A stretch of 64,000 nucleotides of DNA. Origin: Paraspadella gotoi. Its lineage: Eukaryota > Animalia > Chaetognatha. The notes below the pieces were generated by a model. That model worked only from the letters and a program-made list of their open reading frames with translations, made no database searches and was not told the origin of the DNA. Position 1 is the stretch's first letter; every line of letters begins with the position of its first letter. A program made the translations under genes and the position numbers. Location of the stretch: assembly GCA_051294375.1 (NCBI GenBank), contig CM119263.1:18066628-18130627 (forward strand). The letters run 5' to 3'. Below are positions 36,295-49,831 of the stretch, in pieces.

Positions 36295-36620
36295 AAGGTA
36301 CTAGCCTAATTATACAAATATTATATTACTTTTTTTGGAAATCTTAATTTTTTTGATGGATTCTGATAGAGCATAAAAAGTTAAACAAAAAATATAATTA
36401 CAGCTTTTAAAAATTCTTACATTTTCTAAGTGAAAATATAAAAAAAACTGATAAAATCATCGAAAGATGATGATGATGATTTTTTACGGTTTTTCTTATT
36501 TTTGACACACTTATCATAAAAATATTTAAAAAAGAATTATACTTTGTGTAGACAACTTTTTATGAGTTATCCGAATCTGGTCTTAAAATAAAAAAAATTT
36601 TAAAACAAATTTAGCCTTTC
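36295..36620. mobile_element. Degenerate fold-back MITE in the divergent intergenic region
   Basis: Nested imperfect inverted repeats, e.g. GATTCTGATAGAGCATAAAAAGTT vs AACTTTTTATGAGTTATCCGAATC, centred on AAAATCATC-GAAA-GATGAT. Confidence 0.5.
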
Positions 36621-37426
36621 CTATCTATAAATAAATATTAAAAAAATAATTACGAGGGTATAGAGCCATATTAGAAATTTGTTGTCCATTGAAAGTATTC
36701 TTAAAAATGTCTAAATATTCGTTTGAGCATGTACTCGCTCTAAATTTTTGACACACCCTATTGAGTGCGGCTCCCCCTTCTAATAATCGAGCTTTTGAGC
36801 TTCTCACGTCAGGCGAGCGTAGTAACCTAAACAATTGTTAGCTTAAACAAATGACTAAAAGGTTTTAAAATTAAATCCAAGACGATGACAAGAGTCGCAA
36901 ACGAACTGAAGACCCGCAATTATTTTTATCGTGAAATTCATGTGATTTCCTGTTTAAATATTTAGTACTTTAATAAAATAATCAAAGCATATAGATATTA
37001 ATACAGATAATCAATGAAATACTAACTAATAACTAATTAATCAATGAAGCAATATCAAACAAATAAGCATATTCACGAAGAAACCACTAAGCGTCCACGA
37101 ACGTTTATTATTTTGGAGAAGAGTCCCGTTTCAACAAAGAATTCTGAATCGCGAAAGAGAGAAAGAGACGAACGTCGATATCTCCGATATAAAAGAGTTG
37201 TAGATGATCGACTTTACATAAATCCAAGACGATGACAAGAATTCGCTATTCAACTTATTTTACTGCTTCCGTCGAAAAATTGAATTAACGAATGTCTATG
37301 GGTCAACATTTTGAAATAATGAACCAGTAAAAATTCGATCTACGAATTAAAAAGAGACTAAGATGCGCGGAAAATTTTTCCTCTTTTTGTAGTTTTTTGT
37401 CGGCAGAAATAAAGATATAAAGAAGC

Positions 37427-40113
37427 ATGTCTGACGATAGTAGTCTTAATAGCGGGACAGAGTCAAAAGTAAGATTTAACGTGTTTTTTTTTAAATGCTG
37501 TGAAAATTATAATTACAGTTGTATTTTGGCTCATTATGAAGGCTCACCCAAGAGAATCGACTCAAAGTCTTCTAAACAAAGTGAGAAAAATGTTTTTTTA
37601 TCGTGACATTGTAACAAAGTAAATAATTTTACCTTATTGTTAGGTTAGCGCTTCTCTGCAGCAAGCTATCTCCTCTGGGAGAATGAGAGGGGATGAGGTA
37701 TTATCAATTTGTTGAATCTTATTTGAATTTTGATAATAATTCACTTTTGTATTGACTTAAAGACTTCGATTGGGGAGTCCTTCAGCAAATATCGGGATAC
37801 AAGTAAGAACTAAGATGGAAGTGGAAGGAGCTCACTAACCCTAGATAATTTTGTAAATCGCTTTATTTGAAAAAATGATGCAAGTTGAAAAAATGCTGCA
37901 AGTGGAAAATATGATGCAAGTTGAAAAAAATATTATTAGTGCCGCAGTAACAGTTCAGTTTAAACTCTTGAAAGCGATTGGCGCAGCCACTGGTTTCCCT
38001 ACGTATTTAATTTTTTAACTTTTCCGACAGGGTTTAATTGGGCCGAAGGATTTGAATCTGGAGAAACATCAGTCGTTTATCCGAATCATGACAGGACTGG
38101 CTCGTCCAATTATGTCTATTCGGGTTAGAAAATAAGAGCCGATGAATGATGATGCTTGTCGTAAAAAAATATGCCAGGAACAAAATATACGTCTTAAATA
38201 AAATAGCGAACCAGAAATGTAATTATTTTTTGATTAAACCACTCTCAAGTTAATCGCGTCCCAGCCTTACAACGACGCGCAGTTAGTAGAGTCGGCGTCC
38301 TTGCTTCCGGACGGACTAGCGGAACAGCACCGCACGACGTCCATGGCGATGAAAGTCGCTTCTCATCGAATCGAGTATGGAGTAACCATAATCAGTCGCC
38401 GAGGCCGACGCCGCTGCGCGACCGACCAAGAGACCAAGGGGCCGTTCCGTACTCCGAACCCAACTCACCATTTTCTGGACAGTCGACGCCGGAGAGCGTT
38501 GTCTCCTCAATCGATCAGACGACGGCAGCGTCGAGACGGCCCGCCGCCGACGGTAGAAGGGCGCATGGTTGCGGTCCAGTCAAGAGCGCCTCTGGAGGTA
38601 CAAAAGGCGTCTCCACTTCTGGTGCAGCCGTTAAAAGACCCACGCAAAAGAGCAACTCTTGGGTGAGGATTCCCCTTATTGAATCAAATTCGAATTGTAT
38701 GCGAAAAAAAATAAATCCCAATCTGTTTGACGTTAAGACCCTACTAACTGCTATAGCGATATTGTCAATTTTCCGTTTTCAGACATTCAACCAGGACCAA
38801 TCTCACCGCGACGACGATCAATCGCCATCCAAAGGACGTCGCATCTCCACAGTTTCCGACCAAAGTTAGGAAAAAAACGTGATCAGTTATTTTTAATCCC
38901 GCTCTTGCCGAAAGTTGGGTCAAAAGTTTTTTCAAACCCTCGTAAAAAAGATCGCTGTTCTTTTGTGACCCAACTCACCGCCAGGGAACGACCGACTTCC
39001 GTTGAAAGTCTCCAGTCAACAAACAAAAGACTATTATCTCGCTTTAAGGGGCAAACGCACCTCTTCGAGGGGGTTTGAGAGTAAGAAAATATACAGCGCC
39101 TCTGCCTTTCATTTACATTTAGTTTTTCTCGATTTTTTATTCTTATATTTTGCCCAATCTCTCATTGCAGAGATACAATATACGAAAAACCAAAATTCCT
39201 CTTGGAACTCCTTTAACAGTGAGCACTTAAGATATAAACTTGAAGGAAAGTTGTGTGTGCTTTCGAAATGTCTCCCCTTATATAATTTCATCAGATACTA
39301 ACCAAGACTCTAATGAGGGAGAGGAAGAGGAGGATAATGATCTGGAAGTCCAGGAAGTTCCCGCTCAGTCAGGTCTGTTGTTGTGGTTGGTTTTGACAAC
39401 ATGATCTTAACAACAACTATGCTGATTGAAAATATGTTTAATCGCCCTCAAAGGCTCTGCCTCATCTCAACCGGCAGTCATTTCCCCCGCGGAAAAAAAA
39501 GAGAGTTTTGGTCCTTGCAAACGTCCCCCCTCACGTGCTGGCGCTGGTGGTGACGACACGCCGCGCGAACGCATGACGAGTTACGGGATTGCAGTCTTGA
39601 CGCCGAGATCTCGTCCCGGTGCCGGTGGGCCTGGGGGAGACCGACCGATGGCGCCAGCGCCGCCGCCGCCAAACGACGAGGATCCCTACTGTCCAATTCA
39701 TCCAATTCTTGCCGAGTGAGATAGTTCTTTCCTCTTTTGTTATTTAGTAATTTACAGTTTTCTTTCTTTATATTTCTCTCATTTTTTATCTCTTTTCTTT
39801 CGTCTTTGTTTCCATTTTGTTTTGTTCCTTTTCATCAATTTCATTCCGCTCCGCAGTTACTTTCCTCCGGAATGGTTCAAATGTCTCCTCTCTCTGGACG
39901 ACTGCGCCTGCAAGACTCCGCTCTTCAACTGCATCTACAAGTTGGCCGAAGTCATCGTCTCCAAGAACAGCGAAGTCAAGGGGTTCGCGGTGGAGAAGGA
40001 AGGGCTCATCGACTACAACAACAAATTGAAGACGGAGTTAAAGAAATGGTCGCAGGCGCGGAGCTTTTTTGAAGAATCCCAGATCAAGTTGGAAGGAGAA
40101 TTGCATATGGTAA

Positions 40114-40169
<56 letters not shown>

Positions 40170-43100
40170 AATATCTTGTATTCACAATCGCAGACCGAAG
40201 TTCAACGCGACAACACTGTTAAAAAGATGGAATCATTGAACGCCGTTTTAGACGGAATGCGTGATCAACTCAAAGCCAAAGAGGTCAGTTAAAGAAAAAA
40301 AAGAAAAGGAAAGGAATGAACAAATGAAAGAGTTTTCCTGCGACATTAAGGTTATTTCTTTCAGACTGAGTTGGCAAACGAGTACGCCGCCAAAGGGGAG
40401 ATGAACAGAGAGTTGGAATTTACTCGGCGTGAGGTATTGTCACGTGACGAACAAATCAAAAAGCTCAAGGAGCGAGTCTTAGATGCAGAACGCGAGAGGT
40501 CGGGAGAGGCGAAGAAAAAGGCGGATGGTGAGCCTGAAATAACAAAAAAGCAATCACTTAAAAACTTATATATTCACTTTATTGATAGGGAAGCCAGGTT
40601 CTCTGGGAGTCAATAAACGAGACTAAGAGAGTCTTGATTGAAAGCTTGCGTGAACCCGCGATGTGATTATCTTGTTTGAGCGATGGAGGCCTTAAACCAC
40701 CAAAGCCTGTCCAAAGTCAGGGGCAAGATAGCTTATTTATTAAATGAATGGATAATTTTTATATTTTTTAATTTCATATCAATAAATAATAAATCAAGCA
40801 CGACTTTCTCTCTTTAGCTCAGATATAAAATCAGTCAGAAGTTGGTGAGTTGCGGCGCTTGAGTCGAAATACGTTCAGGAGGATAAAATGAATCAGGCTA
40901 TTTGGCGCAAAGAAAGGCGGAAGCAAACGCCCGAGCCGTCAACGCCAACCTGTTGACGTTACAACATGAATCAATTTCAGAGATGCAGAAGCTTTTGTTT
41001 TTGCCGATCCACAGAATTGTCAAAATTATATAGTTGTCTTTATCATTATTATTAATTTAGTATTTAGTTATATGAAATTAATTTTATTTTTATAACCTCT
41101 CTTAGTCCCCGACATTGTTTTTTTGACAATTTTGGATCTTGCTAGAATCTGAAAAGATTATTAGCTCTGTTATTAGTTTTTTAATTAATAAGAGCAGTAA
41201 AATAATCAAAATATAAAAATAATATGCTGTTTCTCTGTTCCTTTTTTCTTTTTGTATTACGTGATGAGGAGAAACATCATTTTTGCTTAAACTTGTTTGT
41301 TATCTGAGATACTTAATTTTTTTTTAATGAATAATATATTTAAAATATTCAAAAAATAATAAAATAAAATTATTACCTTATTTAAGATCTTAATATACGC
41401 CCTGTGCTTGTGATGACGTTTAAAGAAAATATTACCTATTATGGTGGACNNNNNNNNNNAGCTCAGAATAAAATCAGTCAGTTGAAGTTGGAGTTGGCGG
41501 CGCTTGAGTCGAAATACGTTCAGGAGGATAAAATGAATCAGGCTATTTTGGCGCAAAGAAAGGCGGAAGCAAACGCCCGAGCCGTCAACGCCAACCTGTT
41601 GACGTTACAACAGGTTTGCGATCGAAGCTTGAATCAATTTCAGAGATGCAGAAAAGCATCCGGGTGCGTGAGCTTTTGTTCTTATTTGATATTTAATTAT
41701 TATTTATTATTATTATTTTATTATTTATTATTACCAATCAAATCCTAAAAAAAAACCGAGAGAGAATAAAGAAAGAAAGAAAGGAAAAAAAAGAGAAAAA
41801 CAAAGCACAAAAATTCTGTGACTAAGTTAATCTCTAACGACTAAGGTCAATTTTGATCACAAAAATATAATAGTAAAATAAAAAAATTAAAGCAAAAAGT
41901 ATTTCTCCTTTTGATTGTTTAGATGATTTATTTAAAAAATATTATTCTTATATTTTTATAATAAATAATTTAATAAATAAATAATTTAAACTAATTAAAA
42001 GCAAAAAATTCAACAAATTCAATAAACATTTTATAAATATTAAAACCCCAAAATTTAAAATAATATAATACAAAGTCTACTGATTTTAAATTATTAAAAT
42101 ACATTTAATTAAAGTAAATAAAAAAAAGTATCAAAGGTATGTTTTAGTAAAAGCTGGAGGCGATCCGGGCTAAAAAAATGGGAGGCGAACGCAAAACCGG
42201 AGGCGACGGGGGTCTGGGGAGGCGGGGAGCAGAGGCTGGCAAAATTCAACGTCTCCAGCATCCCTGATCAATTTTTTCGAAATAAAATCAAATTCAAAAT
42301 AAAAAATAATTGTGACGAAACGCACACTTGGCTCAGGAGTACCAACGGCTTGTCAAGCTGAACGAAGGAGATGGAGATTACGCGAAAGATTTGATACTGA
42401 AGTGTAAAAATCTGATGGATCAAAATGAAAAGTTGGAAAAAGAACTCGGAAATGTCAGGTCATTTTTGACGTTAAACGCACCGAGCAAAGAACAGTAAAA
42501 TAGTTTGCGATTCAACCTTCTTATTATGCAAAATTAAGGTGCGAGGCGAATATGCAAATGTCTCAACTTCATCAGGACAAGAATAAAATCAATGTTGAAT
42601 ATCAGAAGTCCGTCAGGTAGGGTAGAGAAGGAAGAGGGAGAGGGGGAGAGAGAGAGAGAGAGAGAGAGAGTTTCTTCCGACGCTTGCATAGCCATAGACA
42701 AACGACAAAAAAAAAACCTTCAACAAACCAGAGAGCGACGTCACTTGGAAACGATGGTGAAAGACCTCCACGCCTCCAACGGACTCTTGCGTCATGAACG
42801 GGAAACTTCTAGCTCCGACATGGAAAGTCTGCGGAATCTGCACGACGCCGTCGTCCAGGAGAAGAAGAAGTTAAAGATCAAGACGGACCACACTATCAAG
42901 TCCCTCAACGAAATGGGTGAGAAAGAATACAGAAAAAGGAGAAGAAGAAGAAGAAGAAAAAAAAGAACGCTAATGGAGCCTCCGTTCTCTCCCCTTTCAC
43001 CCTCAAGTTAAGGAGCTCCGCCTCAAGGTTGCCGAGCTGGAGAGTCGATTCGGCAACGACGACGTCCTCCAGGCCATGTACGACGAGAAAGTCCGCGAGT

Positions 43101-43695
43101 TGGCCGCGATGCAGGTTCGCGAGTCTGGAAATGTTTAAAAATATTGAAGTAAATAGCCGTATTTCAAATGGGAAATAATGAGTGAAATAATTTGTTATAG
43201 CAACTAAAGATATTGCACTCTGGTAGAAAAATCGCTGACGTTTTTTTTATTTTTCAACTCCTAGTAGTCCAGCTTGTTTACTTTCTTAGTTATGTGCTCA
43301 ACAATGGCATGGTCGAATTTCAAAAAAAAAAAAATTTTTTTGCATTTGAAAAGGACCTTCCAGTAATAAGATATATTTTTATATGAAAAATGAAATGTTA
43401 AAAAAATTTGGTTAATCTTACAGCTATAGACATTGGAGTATGTGCCTGAGCATGACCAATCAGAATGTCAAAAGCTTTTTCACAACCACAATGACAGCAA
43501 TTTTTATTTTATAGTTTTTCTAGTTATTGATTTAACTTACGTTTCGTTGAGTTTTGGAAATTTATTAAAAACAGTTTTTAATAGACAAACAACGAGTTTA
43601 TTGACAAAATTAATCGGACATGTTTCGACTCTTATTTAGAGTCTTCATCAGCGTTTTTTCTTAATCAACAAATTTCTCTTTTAACATTGAGTGAA

Positions 43696-43756
<61 letters not shown>

Positions 43757-46700
43757 TTCCAACAAAGAGTGAGGAAAAGACAGTGGTCAGATTTTGAGAA
43801 CAGGTGAAGGTAAGGATAGGGAAGAAGAGAGAGATAAAGAGATAAATAGAGAGAAAAAAATATAATTACATTTGTCAAAGTACAACAAAGATAAAGTAAA
43901 TAAATAAGCAAACTTAATATTTAAAAAAGTCATTAATTTAACTAGTTAGTTAATTAAGAATGAAATATTAAAAAGAAGAATAAGTGAAGAGGGATAGATA
44001 AGTTTAGAATTAGTGAAATATAGATAAAAAAGAGCTCAAAAAAGAGCTGCTTCCCCCCCCCTGCCCGGGCAAAGGTGGGAGAAATTTGTTGATTAAGCAA
44101 AAACGCCGATGAAGACTCGAAATAAGAGTCGAAACATGTCCGACTAATTTTGTCAATTAACTCGTTGTTTGTCTATTAAAAACTGTTTTTCCTAAAGTTT
44201 TTCTAGTTAAAACTTTTTGAAAATACAAATTTCAGCATTGAAACAGAAATTGGAAAAGAACAAGTATCTGGCAACCGCTTGTTGTCTCATTAAACCTTGA
44301 AATATATTAATAGGAATTTTTTTGCATGCTCTCAGGACATTATACTATCTAATCAATGTAAAAAAAAAAGCTGCTGGAAGGCAGTAAAGTATTATCAATT
44401 TGCTATATAAGAACAAAAACGTCAGAAAATTTTTTTAACTAATGAAAAGATCAAATTTAAATCATATTGAGTCGGTTAAGAGTAATAACTTTTTTTTCCT
44501 TCCACCCCAATTTGAAATCCGTGTAAATAACAAAATGGAAACGATAGAAGTAAATGGTACCTTTCAGGCTGCGGTTGACGATAAGTTGTCGGCGATGGCC
44601 GCTGGAATGAAGGGCGCCACCGAGAACCTCCACGCTCAGATCGAGGCGCTGAAAAGAGCGCTGTTGCGGAAGGCGGAAGAGTTAGCGAGGATCAAGTGGG
44701 AGTACGTAGGGGAAGAATTGGAGCTCGAGCCGATCGGTATCCGGTGAGAAGAGGTTGTTCTTCAATCTATTTGTCAATTTTTTCACTCATCTTCGTTTAT
44801 GATATTAAACAACAACATCCTCTTTCTTCTTTCCAGATTCGAGACCGAAGAAGATGGAAGCGTTAAAGTGATTGAAGAGCCGGGTCTCAATAAGGAGGCG
44901 GAGCTGAAGACCATCATCAACGAGATGATGGACAAGCTGGAGCGGCTGCGGGACGACAACGAGCGCTTGAAGGATCTCCTTCGACAGTCACAGGATCGTT
45001 GCGACTGCCTTCAAAAGTGCTACGAGGAGAACAATACTCTGGAAGAACAGTTGGAGAAGTATCGCGAGGTCAGAAGTCAAGATGAGGGGGGGAGAATCCG
45101 CGCGGTATTTTCGACGGCGGATTTGATCGATGATTCCGACGTCCAATCAGATCGTTCGTTCGATGATGGACCAATCGCGGGCCGCGGCTGAGACGACGAC
45201 GGGGATGAAGTTCCATCTCCCGGGTCACTCATCGCGCGGGAGTTTCGATCAAGAAAAATATTCTTACAAAAGAGCCATTACGGAGACGGCAGCGAGCACG
45301 CGCCCCACAACGCGGCCGACCTCGCAAGCGCCTTCTACGATCGGGACGCCTATCCGGCCGATGACATCGATGCCGGCTTCGATGGGGGCGCCTATGCAGG
45401 GCCATATGGCACCACCTATGCAGGGCCCAATGACACCCCATATGCAGTCACCGATGGCAGCCCCCATGCAACCGCCGCCGCCCCAGTCGACTATGGGAGG
45501 TCCACCTGTATACGCTCCAGCTCCGGGACAAGCGCCCATCGGGTCGATGGCGCCCGCTCCGGGACAGCAGCCGATAATACAAGCTGCGCCGCGTACCATG
45601 GCGCCACCTCCAGGACCGGGAGAGTACACGCCGATTTCCTCACGTCCGCCGACGCCGACGGTGGAACCCTCTACACCCTCCGCGGCCGGTGGAGGAATGT
45701 CCAGAGGGCCTTCGAGGATGGCGTCGGCGACTTCGGCCAGCGGAGACTCCGCTATCGACGAAAAGTTGTTGCAGATGGACGAGGCCGTGACGAGGGCATT
45801 GGGCGCCCGCGACGTTCAGCTCCGCCAGTTTTTGGGGCAGAGGATCGAAACGTCGGGTTTGAACGATCCCGAACTGACAGACGACTTAGACAACTACACC
45901 GACTACAACGTGGACTTCGTGGCCGAATTGCAGACCGTCTTCAACCGGGCGAAAGAGTTGGCGGATTTGGCCGAGGAATACAGGTGAGTGTGTGTGTAAT
46001 TGTATGTGTGACTGCGAGGAAGAGATAGCAAATATATAATTGTTCTTTCCTCCGATAAATAGACTTCGATGCTGTGAGTTGGAAGTCCTCTGCGCGAAAA
46101 ACATGCAAGAGTTGGATGCTTACAAGGCGAGTTCGAATTTGTTTTTTTTTATAACGTCCGATTGCAAAAAAATTCTGGAATTCTACTATGAATCATTCTC
46201 GAAGTAATATTACGAATTCGCCTCCGTTGCTTAGGAAATGGAACGATACTTGATCGATAAAGGCATCATTTCTCCGGACTTTCTGCAAAAACTCAAAGCC
46301 AACGTTTTGGAGGAGCTGCAGCCCGAGCCCGAGGAGATGGTGGAGATGGATCACTTCTTAGAGGAACAACAGCAAATGTTGAAAGAAAAAGTGCAGAAAG
46401 AGTGCGCGAGGTGAGTCTGCATTCGATTTTTAAGAATTTCATCGCTTTTTAGAGTTCAATTTGTTTGTTGGTAAAAATGACCCTGAACTCTCTTCTTCAG
46501 CCGGGAAAATTTGATCGACTCTTTGAGGAATCAGTTTATTTACGAAGCGAAGAGAATTGCACGACGAGTTGGAAATTTTGCGTCAAAAGTTGATCGAAAA
46601 GGAGAAGGAATTGCAGGAGCGAGGATTCAAGAAGTCGGGTGAGTAATTATTAGTAATTATTTTTAATCAATATTTTTGTTGTTGTTGTTTTCCTCGTTAT

Positions 46701-49024
46701 TACGCCGTTTCCGATTCGCTCTTACTCCTTCAAATTCCCTTTCTCGTTCCTTTTCCTCATCGCAGCTACTTGGATCGCGAGGGTGCTTGGCGCGATGACG
46801 CTCCGGTTCCAGCGGACGCAGTCGGTTACCGCGATGCCGAAGGAGCTTGGAAAACTCCGTCGCCGCCGCCGAAGGAGCCGGATACGTCGACGGCGCCGGG
46901 AAGTGGCGCGACGAAGTCCCTGATCCGAAAATCGCCGGAACGGTCGACGACCAGGGCCAGTTCCGACAGGCACCGCCACCTCCGCCACCCCCACCGCCTC
47001 CGCCACCTCCACCCCTCCGCCACCTCCCCAAGAACAGCCACCGCCTCAACCACCGCTCCCCACCGCCTCCACCACCGCCGCCACCCCAAGCCCCGCAACC
47101 GGTATATCAGGAACCGCCGCCGCCCCTCAGCCTCAACCTCCGCCGCCGCCGCACCGCCACGCCTCCGGCGCCTCCTGAGCAGCCGCCACCACCGCCACCT
47201 CAACAACCCCCACCGCCTCCTCCTCCCGAACAGCCTGCACCGCCGCCACCCCAGCCACCGCCACCCCCCGTTGCCGGAAATCCACGAGCCGCCTCCACTC
47301 CCTCCGCAAGAGGTCGCGCCTCCACCGCCGCCCCCGCCGGCACCGTCTCCACCCCGAGAGCTTACCCCTGAGCCGGCTCCGCCTCAGCATCAACAGTCGG
47401 TTCACAGCCAGAGGCCGCCGCCGGAGCTGTCGGCTCACTCGGTTGCCGGACCCTCGGTTCACACCATTGGCGAGCCTTCCGTCCACGAGCCGGAAAAGTC
47501 CTCCGTCAAAGAGATGCCGGCCATCTCCTTCAAAGAACCTTCACCAGAACCTTCCGTCCACATTTCTGCCGTCGAAGAGCGAGAGCCTTCGACGCAAATG
47601 AGGGCGCCATCGATGGTGGAACCGCAGCCTACGCGAGCCTCTACGCGGCCGATTTACGCGCTGCCTGTCGACACGCAACCGGGTCCCGCCCATCCGGTGG
47701 GCGGGGTAATGGTGGAAGGTTGCCAAGAGCCGTGCCCGCCGCCGTCGGCTCTCATCGACGAGAAACTGGAGAGAGCGAGACGGTTGGAGGCGAAGGCGAG
47801 TCTGGTTGTTGTTTTCACAACGATTGTTGTTGTTGTTGATCTCCGCGGCTCCATTCTCCTCTCAGGCCGAGATGATGGAGCAGGAACAGATCCGCGTGGC
47901 GGAGACGGCGCTGCAGTGGTCGTCGCAGGTGCTTAAGCGTAAGGCCAAGGACGCCTACACCTGCTTCATGAGCTACTGGCAATCGTTGGGCGGAGTCGTT
48001 CCCGATTGCGACGATCCTTGCGAGAATCGGGCCGCGGCCGCGGCGAGAGACGACGTAAGTTGTTGGTCAAGGTCATTGATCCCTTGATTTGTAATCAATT
48101 GATTTATTACCGTAAAGAGGAGGAGTCGTTGCGCAATTCTTCTTCTTCATCTCATTCGATTTTCACTTCCTTCTTTCTTCTTCTTTCGATAAGACGTCCA
48201 TTTTGTCTCTCTGTATTTCTTGTTATTTTTTTGATCGTTTTCTCATTATACGCCTTACTATCATTTTTCGAGTCCTTACTTATTACTTATTTCAGGGATT
48301 ACAAATCAATATATTCACTCAATCGATCAATCGTTCGATCAATCATTCCATCAGCCAACAACAAAATGAGAAAATCCATCAATTAGTCAATCAAAAATTC
48401 AATCAACGGACAAATGAAACAATCTATTGGTGAATTATTCAGGGCTCGTGTCAAAAATGTACTTTTTAAATGGCTATTGGCGTAGCTTTACAACCCGCGT
48501 CATACTTGAACCTCATCCATTCAACTGCTCATCTCCCGGTTCTATCCAGTGGTTCCCAGGCATCGGCGCCTCCTCCAACGCCCATCGCGGTTCCGACACC
48601 GATGGTCAACGGAACAAGAATCGCGACATGCGTCCGTCTTCGTCGCGACGCCGATCCTCGCCCCATTCTCATCGGCAGTCTCCTTCGCGGCGAGCTCCCT
48701 CGCATCGCTCTCAATCTCATCGCTCCGAATCCCATCGCTCTCAGTCTCATCGCTCTCAATCCCACCACTCTCCTTCTCGGCATCAATCTCGACGTCCGAA
48801 CGGCGCCCCTCGGGTCAGCCACACCCACGAGGGAGACGGATGGCGTCGGTCTTCCCCACGACGAAGGCCCAACGCCAATTACGGGGCGCAACCCGGGTTC
48901 GACGACGAAGACCAATTCAACAACAACAACAGCAAAAAAATGGGCGACTTTGATTGGAAAAAGTTGAAGGAGATGCAGGAGAAGGAGGAGGAGAGAAGGA
49001 GGAGGAAGGGAGCCGCTTCGGAGA

Positions 49025-49067
<43 letters not shown>

Positions 49068-49180
49068 AAATAAAATAAAACTGAATGAATAAACTTATAA
49101 AGAGATTAATATAAAAAAAATCACTATTTTCCTTACAGTTTATTCGCCGAAAGATGAGACAAGGTCATATCTTTGTCTAA
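37427..49180 (+). CDS. Uncharacterised multi-exon coiled-coil protein with a proline-rich insert (paralog A); contains apparent frameshifts and an assembly gap
   Basis: Putative start MSDDSSLNSGTESK|gtaag. Blocks conserved with paralog B include [67 protein letters not shown]...VFNRAK.LADLAE.Y, YLDR.G.W and AY.CFMSYW. Last exon 49139-49180 is FIRRKMRQGHIFV*. The 5' exons are less certain. Confidence 0.75.
43615..43653 (-). ncRNA. Minimal type I hammerhead ribozyme (Penelope-type)
   Basis: The reverse strand reads CG-CTGATGA-A-GACTC-TAAATAA-GAGTC-GAAA-CATG-TC-CG: intact CUGAUGA and GAAA core, 5-bp stem II, palindromic ACATGT stem III and a GUC site. Confidence 0.75.
44104..44142 (+). ncRNA. 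Minimal type I hammerhead, mutated core (CCGATGA)
   Basis: CG-CCGATGA-A-GACTC-GAAATAA-GAGTC-GAAA-CATG-TC-CG. It has a U-to-C change in the conserved box and is probably impaired. Confidence 0.6.
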
Positions 49181-49831
49181 AAATGTCACCTTCGACATCA
49201 AAAAATCGAAATGAGTAAACCATTTTGAAGAAAAAAAAAGTTATTATTGAAAATCGGAAGTTGAACCAAGACGACCGCTTCGCCTGGCAGCACTGAGACT
49301 ATGAACCCGCATTTTATCATAATTTTCGGTGAATTTCCGAGAAATCGCGATTTGGACGAAGAAAAGAGGAAGACATTACCGCCGTCTCTTCTTTATTCGT
49401 CTGGCGCGTCCAATATTAATAAATCATTATTTAAAAAATAAAATATAAGTATTTGACATTTCGTAAATAAATAAATAATTTATCGCAGCTTGACTTGGCG
49501 AGTATTGATTTTAGAGATCTTACGGCTATTGTAGTGAAGATTAAAATTCCACAGATTGGAATAGAAAAAGAGAAACGGAGAATGTACTTTGATTGAATTG
49601 TAGAAAAAATTTTTTTCATCAAAATTCGATAATCTTTTCTGAAGATAACTTGCATGATTGTGTCTTGTGTCTTGTGTCTGGAAACGCTAATTTCATCGAT
49701 AACATTTTCTAATTATTTGAAACGAGCAAATTGAAGAATAACCCATTTACTCAAATTCTTTAGGTTTAGTAGAATTTATTTTTGATTTTTTAACCTTTTT
49801 TAATGACTGACTTTTTTTTGACTGGTCAAAC

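Larger units (their letters stand above)
43567..44190. mobile_element. Penelope-like (PLE) terminal fragments as a ~112-bp inverted repeat (43567-43679 / 44079-44190)
   Basis: Near-perfect reverse-complement arms, each containing a minimal hammerhead motif. The spacer contains (GA)n, and the pair sits next to a MITE fragment. Confidence 0.7.

Noticed and set aside
40116-40166. (GA)n tracts translated as ERERER here and at 18177, 42648, 43700, 49008 and 62458
   Set aside because: They are intronic microsatellites, not coding sequence.
40815-41660. Apparent duplicated exon (AQNKISQLKLE...) on both sides of the 10-N gap
   Set aside because: The first copy is full of small indels and both copies lie close to a scaffold gap, so it is most likely a low-quality contig-end overlap.
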